Below are positions 27,694 through 36,177 of a DNA stretch of 64,000 nt, piece by piece; the stretch's first letter is position 1; every line of letters starts with the position of its first letter. Both the position numbers and the translations under genes were made by a program. The DNA is from Minisyncoccota bacterium. Its GTDB lineage: Bacteria; Patescibacteriota; Minisyncoccia; Phycocordibacterales; SBAW01. The DNA lies in the NCBI GenBank assembly GCA_035549255.1, contig DASZRD010000006.1:18546-82545 (forward strand). The letters run 5' to 3'. Under the pieces are notes generated by a model. The model was given only the letters and a program-made list of their open reading frames with translations, did no database searches and was not told where the DNA came from.

Positions 27694-28089
27694 TTACAAT
27701 ACAACATTCTCCAGCAGTTCGACCTGTGCCGTGTGGGTAGAAAAGTTGAGATACGCGCATGCGAGGTCGAGTTGCCACTTTTTACTCTCCGGTACTTTAT
27801 GATCTAAGAGATACGTCTGAATAGCTCGATAGAGGCGTTTTATCTTTGCCGGATGCATGTTTTCTTCTGGGCGGTATGTTCCACGTGAACCCTCCTCCTT
27901 ATTTGTATCACGTGAAACTGATTTAACCTCTACAAAACTTAAAAGGCCTGCTTTTTCGGCCACTATATCTATTTCTCCCCAGGGTTTCCAGTAATTACGC
28001 TCTAAAATCGTATATCCCCTGCCCTCTAAATACTTGCAGACTACGCCTTCGCCGGTATCACCTATCTCCCGCTTTCGCGATTTGGCCAT
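27694..28089 (-). CDS. yraN: YraN (UPF0102) family nuclease
   Basis: GDTGE...YL...GYTILERNY...GEIDIV...FVEVK. Confidence 0.92.
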   Translation of the reverse strand: MAKSRKREIGDTGEGVVCKYLEGRGYTILERNYWKPWGEIDIVAEKAGLLSFVEVKSVSRDTNKEEGSRGTYRPEENMHPAKIKRLYRAIQTYLLDHKVPESKKWQLDLACAYLNFSTHTAQVELLENVVL

Positions 28090-28124
28090 ATTTTGCTTGG
28101 GATTTTACGGTTTCATGTGAACCA
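27877..28124. promoter_or_regulatory. Cluster of three parS-like palindromes
   Basis: TGTTCCACGTGAACCC (27877), TGTATCACGTGAAACT (27904), GGTTTCATGTGAACCA (28109) vs consensus TGTTTCACGTGAAACA. Confidence 0.7.
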
Positions 28125-28204
28125 ATACCTTCTCTATAAGACCCTTTCAAGGACGTCCTTTATGCACATGTCCCCAATTTTATCCACAGAATGTCTGTGA
28201 AAGC

Positions 28205-28278
28205 TGGTGCGGATAGGGAGAATCGAACTCCCACCTCGTCCTTGGCAAGGACGCGTCCTACCACTAAACGATATCCGC
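28205..28278 (-). tRNA. tRNA-Gly(GCC)
   Basis: Acceptor GCGGATA/TATCCGC, anticodon arm CGTCC-TTGCCAA-GGACG, encoded ACCA end. Confidence 0.95.
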
Positions 28279-28333
28279 GGTAAGAAACATTTGAGACTAT
28301 AGCACACTCTCGCCGGCACGATAACGTACCTTG

Positions 28334-28406
28334 CGCGCCCGGCAGGACTCGAACCCACAACCCCCTGGTTCGAAGCCAGGTGCTCTATCCATTGAGCTAC
28401 GGGCGC
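28334..28406 (-). tRNA. tRNA-Arg(TCG)
   Basis: Acceptor GCGCCCG/CGGGCGC, D arm GCTCAATGGATAGAGC, anticodon arm CCTGG-CTTCGAA-CCAGG. Confidence 0.95.
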
Positions 28407-28440
28407 ATGGCCCTAAAGGAGGGCGTGCTAAGATTGTGCC

Positions 28441-29910
28441 ATGGAGTTGCGGCCGAGCCAAATACCTCATGAAGTGACAGACGCCATAAAAACCCTTGAA
28501 AACGCCGGATTTGAGTCCTGGGCGGTGGGGGGATGTATCCGCGACCTTCTCCTTAAGAGGTCGCCCAAAGATTGGGATATCACTACCAACGCGACACCCG
28601 ATGAGATACAGAAGGCATTCCCGGAAACGTATTACACAAACGACTTTGGCACGGTTGGCGTCGTAACCGGCTCCGAGGAGCCTGCTCTCAAGGTCATAGA
28701 AGCGACGCCATACAGGCTGGAAGGGAAGTACAGTGACGCACGCCGCCCAGATAACGTTATTTTTAGCCATAATTTGGAAGACGACCTTAAAAGACGCGAT
28801 TTTACGGTCAATGCTTTGGCCTATAGCCCCACAAAGGACAAACTGGTTGACCTTTATGATGGTATAAAGGACATAAAGGACGGCGTGCTCCGCGCGGTGG
28901 GGGAGCCGGGCGAGCGATTCGAGGAGGACGCTTTACGCATATTGCGCGCTATACGCATCGCAGCCGAGCTTAACTTCACGATAGAAGAGGGGACGCGTGC
29001 TGCTATGGCCAAGCATGCCAAACAGCTCGAGAAGATCTCCAAAGAGCGCATTCGTGACGAGTTTATCCGGATCCTCAACTCCGATAAGCCCATGAAGGCG
29101 CTTATGCTGGCTCAAAGTATCGGGGTATTGCGCTATATAGCGCCGGAACTTGAGGAGGGGATGGGGGTGGAACAGAACCAGGCGCACTCGTACGACGTCT
29201 TCGAGCACAATCTTCGGGCGCTCCAGCATGCGGCGGACAAGGGCTGGAGCCTCGATGTGCGCCTCGCAGCTCTGTTTCATGATATAGGCAAGCCCAAGAG
29301 CCGCCGCTGGTCGCCAGAGAAAGGAGATTGGACCTTCCATGGCCATGAGGTAGTAGGCGCTCGGATGACCAGGAAGGCGCTCGAAAACCTTCATTTCCCT
29401 CGGGAGCTTATCGACAAGACCGAAAAGCTCGTCCGTTGGCATATGTTCTTCTCCGATCCGGACAAAGTGACGCTTTCGGCAGTCCGGAGGATCATAAACA
29501 ACGTTTCTCGTGAAAACATCGAGGACCTTGTGGAGCTGCGCATCTGCGACCGGATCGGGACGGGGAGGCCCAAGGAGCAGCCCTTCCGCCTCCGTAAGTA
29601 CCACTCGATGATCGAACAGGCGCTGCGTGACCCCATCTCTGTCGGCATGCTCGCCGTGGATGGGAAGTCGGTCATGGAGGCAGGGGAGAAGCCGGGCCCA
29701 AGGATCGGTTGGATGCTCCACGCACTCCTTGAGGAAGTGTTGGACGATCCTTCGCGCAACACGAAAGAATATTTGGAGAAAAAAATTGTCGAACTTTCAA
29801 AACTTTCTGATGCGAAATTGCGCGCGATAGGTGAAGCAGGGAAGGAGAAAAAAGATGAGGCCGAAGAAGCGGAGATAAAAAAGCTCCGTCAAAAACACTT
29901 TGTAGAATAA
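28441..29910 (+). CDS. cca: CCA tRNA nucleotidyltransferase with HD domain
   Basis: VGGCIRD..DWD, RRDFTVNA, EDALRILR, SKERIRDE, FHDIGKP. Confidence 0.93.
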   Translation: MELRPSQIPHEVTDAIKTLENAGFESWAVGGCIRDLLLKRSPKDWDITTNATPDEIQKAFPETYYTNDFGTVGVVTGSEEPALKVIEATPYRLEGKYSDARRPDNVIFSHNLEDDLKRRDFTVNALAYSPTKDKLVDLYDGIKDIKDGVLRAVGEPGERFEEDALRILRAIRIAAELNFTIEEGTRAAMAKHAKQLEKISKERIRDEFIRILNSDKPMKALMLAQSIGVLRYIAPELEEGMGVEQNQAHSYDVFEHNLRALQHAADKGWSLDVRLAALFHDIGKPKSRRWSPEKGDWTFHGHEVVGARMTRKALENLHFPRELIDKTEKLVRWHMFFSDPDKVTLSAVRRIINNVSRENIEDLVELRICDRIGTGRPKEQPFRLRKYHSMIEQALRDPISVGMLAVDGKSVMEAGEKPGPRIGWMLHALLEEVLDDPSRNTKEYLEKKIVELSKLSDAKLRAIGEAGKEKKDEAEEAEIKKLRQKHFVE

Positions 29911-30239
29911 GAGTTTTTTGTTCGTGTCCTTTAAGATTATCGAGATATCCACATCAATGTCCTTTACGATGTCCGTTATAAACGTATTATTAATCTCAGA
30001 CAAATTCTCACGCTGAGATCAGCCCTGGCTCAGAAGTTGAGTAAAAAGTTCTGTCTGCCAAATGCGCTGTACACGCATTGAAATAGGGCACCATAAAGTT
30101 GTGTCATTAGGTCATTGTCGGTCGGCCACTCGTGTGGCATCCTCTCAATGTTCTATAAAAAGTGGATCAAGCGACACGCAGCAGTTGATCTGGATTTCAT
30201 AATCCATTCCCGGTGACACTCCGACTTTAGGCCCTGTTC

Positions 30240-30272
30240 AAACCTCCGACGCCTCCGTTGTCGGAGGTTTTT
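30240..30272 (+). terminator. Intrinsic terminator
   Basis: AAACCTCCGAC...GTCGGAGGTTTTT. Confidence 0.75.
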
Positions 30273-30297
30273 CATATCTCTACCTCACGCCTCTGTC

Positions 30298-31089
30298 TTA
30301 CAGCTCTATCAGGACAGGACAGTGGTCGGAGCCCATGACCTCGGGCAGGATCTCGGCCTTCTTAAGCTTCGGGGCGAGCTTTTTGGATACGAAGAAGTAG
30401 TCTATGCGCCAGCCGATGTTGCGCGCCCGGGCATTGGCCCAGTGGGTCCACCAGGTGTAGTGGCCATTGCCCTTGGGAGTGAAGTGGCGGAATGAGTCTA
30501 CAAAGCCAGCTTCGACCACCTTGTCGAGCCCCTCGCGCTCTTCGGGGGTGAAGCCATGCTCGCCTTCGTTGGCCTTGGGGTTGGCAAGGTCGTCGGCCGT
30601 ATGGGCAGCGTTGAGGTCGCCGCAAAAGATAACCGGCTTACTCTTCTCGAGCTCCTTCATATAGGCCAGGAAGGCAGGGTCCCAATGCTTGTGGCGCATA
30701 GAAAGGCGCGAGAGGTCGGGCTTGGAGTTGGGAGTGTAGACGGTCACGACCCAGAAGTCCTTAAATTCCGCGGCAATAATCCGGCCTTCCAGGGTCGTGT
30801 CGCCGTAATCGTCTTCAAGCTTGTATTTCTTTGCTATTTCGTCAGGCAAGCCTAATCGGACACTGAGAGGCTTCACTTTGGTAAAGATCGCCGTGCCGCT
30901 GTAGCCCTTCTTTTCGGCTGAGTTCCAGTACTCCTCATATTCAGGGAGGTCGATCTCCGCCTGGCCCTGCTGAGCCTTTGTTTCCTGCAAGCAGAGGATA
31001 TCCGGCTGGTATTTCTTAACAAAAGGCATAAAAAGCCCCTTGGTATGCACAGCCCGAATCCCATTAACGTTCCAGGAGATGAGTTTCAC
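30298..31089 (-). CDS. xth: Exodeoxyribonuclease III
   Basis: SWNVNGIR, LQETK, GYSG, GDLN, GWRIDY, GSDHCP. Confidence 0.97.
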   Translation of the reverse strand: MKLISWNVNGIRAVHTKGLFMPFVKKYQPDILCLQETKAQQGQAEIDLPEYEEYWNSAEKKGYSGTAIFTKVKPLSVRLGLPDEIAKKYKLEDDYGDTTLEGRIIAAEFKDFWVVTVYTPNSKPDLSRLSMRHKHWDPAFLAYMKELEKSKPVIFCGDLNAAHTADDLANPKANEGEHGFTPEEREGLDKVVEAGFVDSFRHFTPKGNGHYTWWTHWANARARNIGWRIDYFFVSKKLAPKLKKAEILPEVMGSDHCPVLIEL

Positions 31090-31101
31090 CTCCGTATGAT
31101 A

Positions 31102-32013
31102 CTACTTTCGCCTTATTCCGTGGAATTTTTTGTGGATCTCTCTTAGATGCTTGTCGGTGACGTGGGTATAGACCTGCGTTGTCGTGATGTTGGAGTGGCC
31201 CAGGAGTGCTTGGACAGAGCGCAAATCGGCGCCGTTCTCGAGGAGATCGGTCGCAAAGCTGTGGCGGATGACATGTGGGGTTACTTTGCGCGTGATGCCT
31301 GCCTTAGTGGCGTACTTTTTGATAATGCGCTCGACTGAGCGCGAGGTGATGCGCAGGTTTTTGGCATTCTTCGATGTTTTGCCCATTTGAATGAAGAGTG
31401 CATCGTCGATGTCGCCGCGCTTGTCGAGATAGTCTTTGACCGCCTTCTTGGCGTCGGGGGAGAGGAAGACGACGCGGACTTTCTCGCCCTTGCCGCGGAC
31501 ACTAAATTCATCGCGCGAAAGGTCGAGGTCACGATCGAGCGAGCAGAGCTCGGAGACGCGCAAGCCGGTCGAGAAGAAGAGCTCCATGATCGCGCGGTCG
31601 CGCAATGCCGGGAGGGAAGTGCCCTTGGGGCCTTGAAGCAAGCGACTAAGTTCATCCGTCGATATGAGGTCGAGGTCGCGCGCACCAACCTTCGCTAACT
31701 CAATGCGCTCGGGGTTGAGCGACTCGATATCGCGCTTGCGCAGGAATTTGAGAAATGCACGTAATGCGATGAGGTAGAAATTTTGTGTCTTGTGCTTCAT
31801 GGTGCCCGCGGTGCCCGCTTGGCGATTGAGATGGAGCCTAAACTCGCGCACCTTAGACTCCTCTATATGAGAGGGAAGTGTCGCTCTGGAGAATGCGAGG
31901 AAGCGGCTGATGTAGCGGTCATAGCTCTCGACTGTTTTGACCGAGCGGCCCTTCTCGATCTCGAGGTATTCGAGGAACTCGACTTTGAGCGATTTGAGGT
32001 CGCGGGATGCCAT
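31102..32013 (-). CDS. XerC/XerD-family tyrosine recombinase
   Basis: [31 protein letters not shown] catalytic residues. Confidence 0.93.
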   Translation of the reverse strand: MASRDLKSLKVEFLEYLEIEKGRSVKTVESYDRYISRFLAFSRATLPSHIEESKVREFRLHLNRQAGTAGTMKHKTQNFYLIALRAFLKFLRKRDIESLNPERIELAKVGARDLDLISTDELSRLLQGPKGTSLPALRDRAIMELFFSTGLRVSELCSLDRDLDLSRDEFSVRGKGEKVRVVFLSPDAKKAVKDYLDKRGDIDDALFIQMGKTSKNAKNLRITSRSVERIIKKYATKAGITRKVTPHVIRHSFATDLLENGADLRSVQALLGHSNITTTQVYTHVTDKHLREIHKKFHGIRRK

Positions 32014-32068
32014 ACGTCGCACAATATTATACGACATATACCAGGAATCCTTGTGGTTAAGCCATTAC

Positions 32069-32097
32069 TTGACAAATATTACAATCTATGATAGAAT
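32069..32097 (+). promoter_or_regulatory. sigma70-like promoter of cell-wall hydrolase gene
   Basis: TTGACA-17nt-TAGAAT. Confidence 0.75.
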
Positions 32098-32157
32098 AGA
32101 AGATAGTAGTGTCGTTGGGGTCAGTATCGAATCAAACCAACGAAGGAGTACCATGAA

Positions 32158-32706
32158 ATGCGGCATATCTACAGTGTTATCGGGCTTATCCTGCTTGCGG
32201 TCATTGCGGCAGGGCAGACCCGCGCAAATGCTGGGAACGGCGAAGAAGCCTTCTACCGCTCGCAAATTACCCCCATGGCTCTCAATATCTACAACGAGGG
32301 CCGCGGAGAGAAGGAGCTGGGCCAGATGATGGTGGCGTACGTCACCCTCATGCGGGCTCGGGACAACCGTCAAGAGTGGGGCGGGAGTAGCATCCTTGGG
32401 GTCGTGTTCAAGGGACATCAGTTCTCCTGGACCAGCTCCAAGGCAAAAGCGAAGCTCCCGCAGGGTCCCGCATGGGACAAGGCGGTGGCTGTTGCCACCT
32501 GGGTGGCGTTGGGCTTCTTTGAAGCCCCCGACGTGCTCATAGAGGCCCGGTACTACATGAACCCGGACACGAGCAACCCGAGCAACCGCTGCTGGATGGC
32601 GACGCATATGGTCCAGGTGGGGGTGGTGGGCAACCACTACTTCTATCGGGAGCCGAAGCCGGGCGAGAAGGTAAAGTATGTCCCGCCGCGGTTCAATTGC
32701 ACCTGA
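32158..32706 (+). CDS. SleB/CwlJ-like cell wall hydrolase (Hydrolase_2), secreted
   Basis: Signal peptide; NIYNEGRGE, QFSW, GNHYFY motifs; AAGGAG SD. Confidence 0.88.
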   Translation: MRHIYSVIGLILLAVIAAGQTRANAGNGEEAFYRSQITPMALNIYNEGRGEKELGQMMVAYVTLMRARDNRQEWGGSSILGVVFKGHQFSWTSSKAKAKLPQGPAWDKAVAVATWVALGFFEAPDVLIEARYYMNPDTSNPSNRCWMATHMVQVGVVGNHYFYREPKPGEKVKYVPPRFNCT

Positions 32707-32713
32707 AGATTGA

Positions 32714-32750
32714 GAAGACTCCGCCGCACAACCGGCGGGGTTTTTCTTTT
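32714..32750 (+). terminator. Intrinsic terminator
   Basis: ACTCCGCCG-cacaac-CGGCGGGGT-TTTTCTTTT. Confidence 0.8.
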
Positions 32751-32797
32751 GCAGGAGAGGCCTTGCGTAAATGGAAAGGCTGTGATAGTATGTCTTC

Positions 32798-33064
32798 ATG
32801 CTGACCAAGCAGAAGAAAGCGAAGGCAATAAAGGAAGTGGCTATCCACGACGCGGACACGGGCTCGCCCGAGGTCCAGATTGCCGTGCTCACCAAGCGCA
32901 TCGACGAGCTTACCAGCCACCTGCGCAAGCATCTCAAGGACAAGCACTCCCGCCGCGGCCTCCTCCAGATGGTTGCGGACCGCCGCGCGCACCTCAAGTA
33001 CCTCGAGGGCTCCGACAAGAAGCGCTACAACGCCGTCATCAAGAAGCTCGGTTTGAAGAAGTAG
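32798..33064 (+). CDS. rpsO: 30S ribosomal protein S15
   Basis: DTGSPEVQIA, HLKDKHSRRGLL. Confidence 0.98.
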   Translation: MLTKQKKAKAIKEVAIHDADTGSPEVQIAVLTKRIDELTSHLRKHLKDKHSRRGLLQMVADRRAHLKYLEGSDKKRYNAVIKKLGLKK

Positions 33065-33176
33065 GAACCTTTTACACTTCTTCGTCGTATACTTACAGTG
33101 CAGGTCGATATTTTGTGTGTGTTCTTCACGTTTGCGAGTCAGCAGTTCTTCATTTTTAGTAATTTAGTGTTTTTAT

Positions 33177-33839
33177 ATGGCTATCATCAAACATAAAAGC
33201 CAGCGTGTCGGCATTTTCATAGACACGCAAAACCTCTACCACAGCGCGAAAAATCTTTATAAATCAAAAGTGAACTTCGGCAACGTCGTTGCCAAGGCGC
33301 TCGCCGGGCGCCAGCTCATCCGCGCGATCGCGTACGTCATACGCACCGAGAGCGAGGAGGAGAAAGGCTTCTTCGAGGCGCTCAACAAGCTCGGCATCGA
33401 GACCAAGGTGAAGGACATCCGCGTCTTCGCCGGCGGCGCCAAGAAGGCGGACTGGGATATCGGCATGGCGATCGACGCGATCGCGATGTCCGAGAAGCTC
33501 GACGCGATCGTGCTCGCGACCGGCGACGGCGACTTCGTGCCGCTGGTCGAATACCTCAAGTACACGCAGGGGACGCAGGTCGAGGTCATTGCCTTCGGCA
33601 AATCCGCGGCCGGCGTGTTGCGCGAGTCGGTCGACGACTTCATCGACATGTGCGACAACCCCAAGGAATATCTCATCGGCTACCGAGGGGGAGGGCGCTG
33701 GATACCAAGCTTCACCTCGGGCTCCAACGACCGCCCGCAGAACGCCGACACGAGCCCGCTTAATACCGAGGCGAAGGAGGACTTCGAAGATATGAGCGGA
33801 GACGGGGAAGACCCGGCGATAAAGATGTCGGGAGAGTAA
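33177..33839 (+). CDS. NYN domain (LabA/DUF88) PIN-fold protein
   Basis: FIDTQN, KKADWDIGMAID, ATGDGDF, DDFID. Confidence 0.92.
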   Translation: MAIIKHKSQRVGIFIDTQNLYHSAKNLYKSKVNFGNVVAKALAGRQLIRAIAYVIRTESEEEKGFFEALNKLGIETKVKDIRVFAGGAKKADWDIGMAIDAIAMSEKLDAIVLATGDGDFVPLVEYLKYTQGTQVEVIAFGKSAAGVLRESVDDFIDMCDNPKEYLIGYRGGGRWIPSFTSGSNDRPQNADTSPLNTEAKEDFEDMSGDGEDPAIKMSGE

Positions 33840-33863
33840 ACAATAATAATATATAGAAAAAAG

Positions 33864-33897
33864 AAAAAGCCCCGCTGGAAACAGCGGAGCTTTTTTG
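33864..33897. terminator. Intrinsic terminator
   Basis: AAAAAGCCCCGCTG-gaaa-CAGCGGAGCTTTTTT. Confidence 0.8.
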
Positions 33898-33922
33898 CTA
33901 CAGTCCTTATATATAGGTAATC

Positions 33923-33981
33923 GCGAAGCGGATGGATAGGTAGCTCTCGATCAGTCGAGACCTAAAATCCAGTCGTTTCGC
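33923..33981 (+). promoter_or_regulatory. Long stem-loop in pnp leader
   Basis: GCGAAGCGG-ATGGAT..AGGT..TCTCGA / TCGAGA-CCT..ATCCA-GTCGTTTCGC ending 9 nt before the ATG. Confidence 0.6.
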
Positions 33982-33990
33982 ACACGCGAA

Positions 33991-36177
33991 ATGATGCAAA
34001 AGAAAACGTACGAGCTCGAGGTCGGCGGCAAGAAAATGATTGCCGAGTTCAGCGACTTGGCCGAGCAGGCGAGCGGCTCAGTCATACTGCGCTATGGGAA
34101 CACGGCCGTGCTTGCGACCGCGGTGATGTCGAGCAAAACTCGCGACGATATCGATTACTTCCCGCTCACGGTCGACTACGAAGAAAGATTCTATGCCGCG
34201 GGACAAATCCTGGGCAGCCGCTTCGTGCGTCGCGAGGGGCGCCCCTCCGAGCAAGCGATACTCTCCGGCCGCGTCGTCGACCGCACGATTAGGCCGCTCT
34301 TCCCGCAGCATATCCGCAACGAGGTGCAGGTCATCATCACCGTGCTCGCGCTCGATGAGGAAGACCCCGACCAGATCGCGGTCAACGCCGCCTCGCTCGC
34401 GCTGGGTACCTCTAATATTCCGTGGGCCGGACCCGTTGCATCGGTGCGCATAGGGCGGGGGAGCGACAACCAATTCATAATCAATCCTACTTACAAAGAG
34501 CGTGACGCTTCGACGCTCGATATACTCGCGTGCGGCAAAGACTCTACTATTAATATGATCGAGGTCGCGGCTGACGAAGCGTCTGAAGACGAAGTTGCTG
34601 CGGGCTTCGCGCGCGCCGTAGAGGAGCATAACAAAATTATCGCGTGGCAGCAGGCTATTATCGCAGAAATAGGAAAGGAGAAGACTAATGCAGCCAAGCC
34701 TGAGATCCCCGCGGCATTGCAAGAACTTTTTGACACAGAGTTTGCGCAGAAAGTGCGTGATGCGGTCTTCTGCGGCGTTGCTGGCAAAGACGCGATCCAT
34801 CATGCGCAAGATGAGTGGAAGACAAAATTGAAGGAGGAGCAGTATGCGGACATCAACCCGGGTGTCGCGAAGCGATTTTTCGACGACAAGGTCGATGAAG
34901 AGATTCATCGCGGCGCGATCGAGGACAACAAGCGCCCCGACAACAGAGCGTTCGGCGAGATCCGCCCTTTGTATGCGCAAGCCGGGGGCGTATCAGACAT
35001 CCTCCATGGCTCAGGCATCTTTTATCGCGGCGGGACGCATGTGTTCACCGCGCTTACGCTCGGCGGTCCGGGCGACAGCCAAGTCGTCGACACGATGGAA
35101 GAGCAGGATGTGAAGCAGCGCTTCATGCATCACTACAACTTCCCGCCGTACTCGGCCGGCGAGACCGGCCGCATGGGCGGGCTCAACCGCCGCATGATCG
35201 GGCACGGCGCGCTTGCGCAGAAGGCGCTCGAAGCGGTGATCCCGCCTGCAGAGCAATTCCCGTACACGATACGCCTCGTCTCCGAGTGCTTTGCCTCCAA
35301 TGGCTCGACCTCGATGGGCTCGGTATGTGCCTCGACGCTCGCGCTCATGGACGGCGGCGTGCCGATCAAGCGCGCGGTCGCAGGTATCGCGATGGGCGTC
35401 ATGACGCACAACGGAGAAAATAAAGTATTGACCGATATCCAGGGGCCGGAAGACGAGTTCGGCGGGATGGACTTCAAGGTTGCCGGTACGCGCGAGGGCA
35501 TCACCGCGATCCAGCTCGATATTAAACTCGACGGCATCCCGCTTGAAGTATTGAGCGAGGCGCTCGGTGGTGCTAAGAAAGCGCGTTTCGAAATATTGGA
35601 TGTGATTGAGGCTACGATCGCGGCACCGCGCGCCAATATTTCGCCGCGCGCGCCGGAGATTGTCACGATGAAAGTGAAGCCCGACCAGATCGGCCTCGTT
35701 ATCGGTGGCGGCGGCAAGACCATCAATGGCATCAAAGACACGTCTGAGGTCGACGATATTACGATCGAGGATGACGGCTCGGTATTTATTACCGGCAAGA
35801 ACGGCGCTGCGCAGATGGCCAAGGCCATGATCGAGGCACTCGTGAAGGAATACAAGCCGGGGGAAATCTATGACGGCGAGGTAACGCGGCTCATGGACTT
35901 CGGCGCGTTCGTGCGCATCGGCCCGGGCAAAGATGCTGAGGGCTTGGTGCACGTTTCTGAAGTCGCACCGTTCCGCATCGACAAGATATCTGACGCGGTT
36001 AAGGTAGGGGATAAAGTACGGGTTATGATAAAGGAGATAGACGAGAAAGGCCGCATCAACCTCTCCATTAAAACTGTCGATCCGGATTTCGCGTCTCGCA
36101 AAGGCTTGCTGCCTTCGACACAACCCCATGCCTCAAGACCCGATCGTCCCCAGCGCCCCCCAAGGAGGGAGTTCTAA
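33991..36177 (+). CDS. pnp: Polyribonucleotide nucleotidyltransferase (PNPase)
   Basis: FPLTVDYEER, DRTIRPLF, HYNFPPYS, SNGSTSM, DFKVAGT, KH and S1 domains. Confidence 0.98.
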   Translation: MMQKKTYELEVGGKKMIAEFSDLAEQASGSVILRYGNTAVLATAVMSSKTRDDIDYFPLTVDYEERFYAAGQILGSRFVRREGRPSEQAILSGRVVDRTIRPLFPQHIRNEVQVIITVLALDEEDPDQIAVNAASLALGTSNIPWAGPVASVRIGRGSDNQFIINPTYKERDASTLDILACGKDSTINMIEVAADEASEDEVAAGFARAVEEHNKIIAWQQAIIAEIGKEKTNAAKPEIPAALQELFDTEFAQKVRDAVFCGVAGKDAIHHAQDEWKTKLKEEQYADINPGVAKRFFDDKVDEEIHRGAIEDNKRPDNRAFGEIRPLYAQAGGVSDILHGSGIFYRGGTHVFTALTLGGPGDSQVVDTMEEQDVKQRFMHHYNFPPYSAGETGRMGGLNRRMIGHGALAQKALEAVIPPAEQFPYTIRLVSECFASNGSTSMGSVCASTLALMDGGVPIKRAVAGIAMGVMTHNGENKVLTDIQGPEDEFGGMDFKVAGTREGITAIQLDIKLDGIPLEVLSEALGGAKKARFEILDVIEATIAAPRANISPRAPEIVTMKVKPDQIGLVIGGGGKTINGIKDTSEVDDITIEDDGSVFITGKNGAAQMAKAMIEALVKEYKPGEIYDGEVTRLMDFGAFVRIGPGKDAEGLVHVSEVAPFRIDKISDAVKVGDKVRVMIKEIDEKGRINLSIKTVDPDFASRKGLLPSTQPHASRPDRPQRPPRREF

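Noticed and set aside
29955-29985. dif-like sequence near the Xer recombinase gene
   Set aside because: Only a weak match (TACGA-TGTCCG-TTATA), and it lies ~31 kb from dnaA rather than at the terminus.
31102-32706. Prophage or genomic island (tyrosine recombinase plus cell wall hydrolase)
   Set aside because: The recombinase is of the chromosomal Xer type, its neighbours are housekeeping genes, and no att repeats or phage structural genes are seen.
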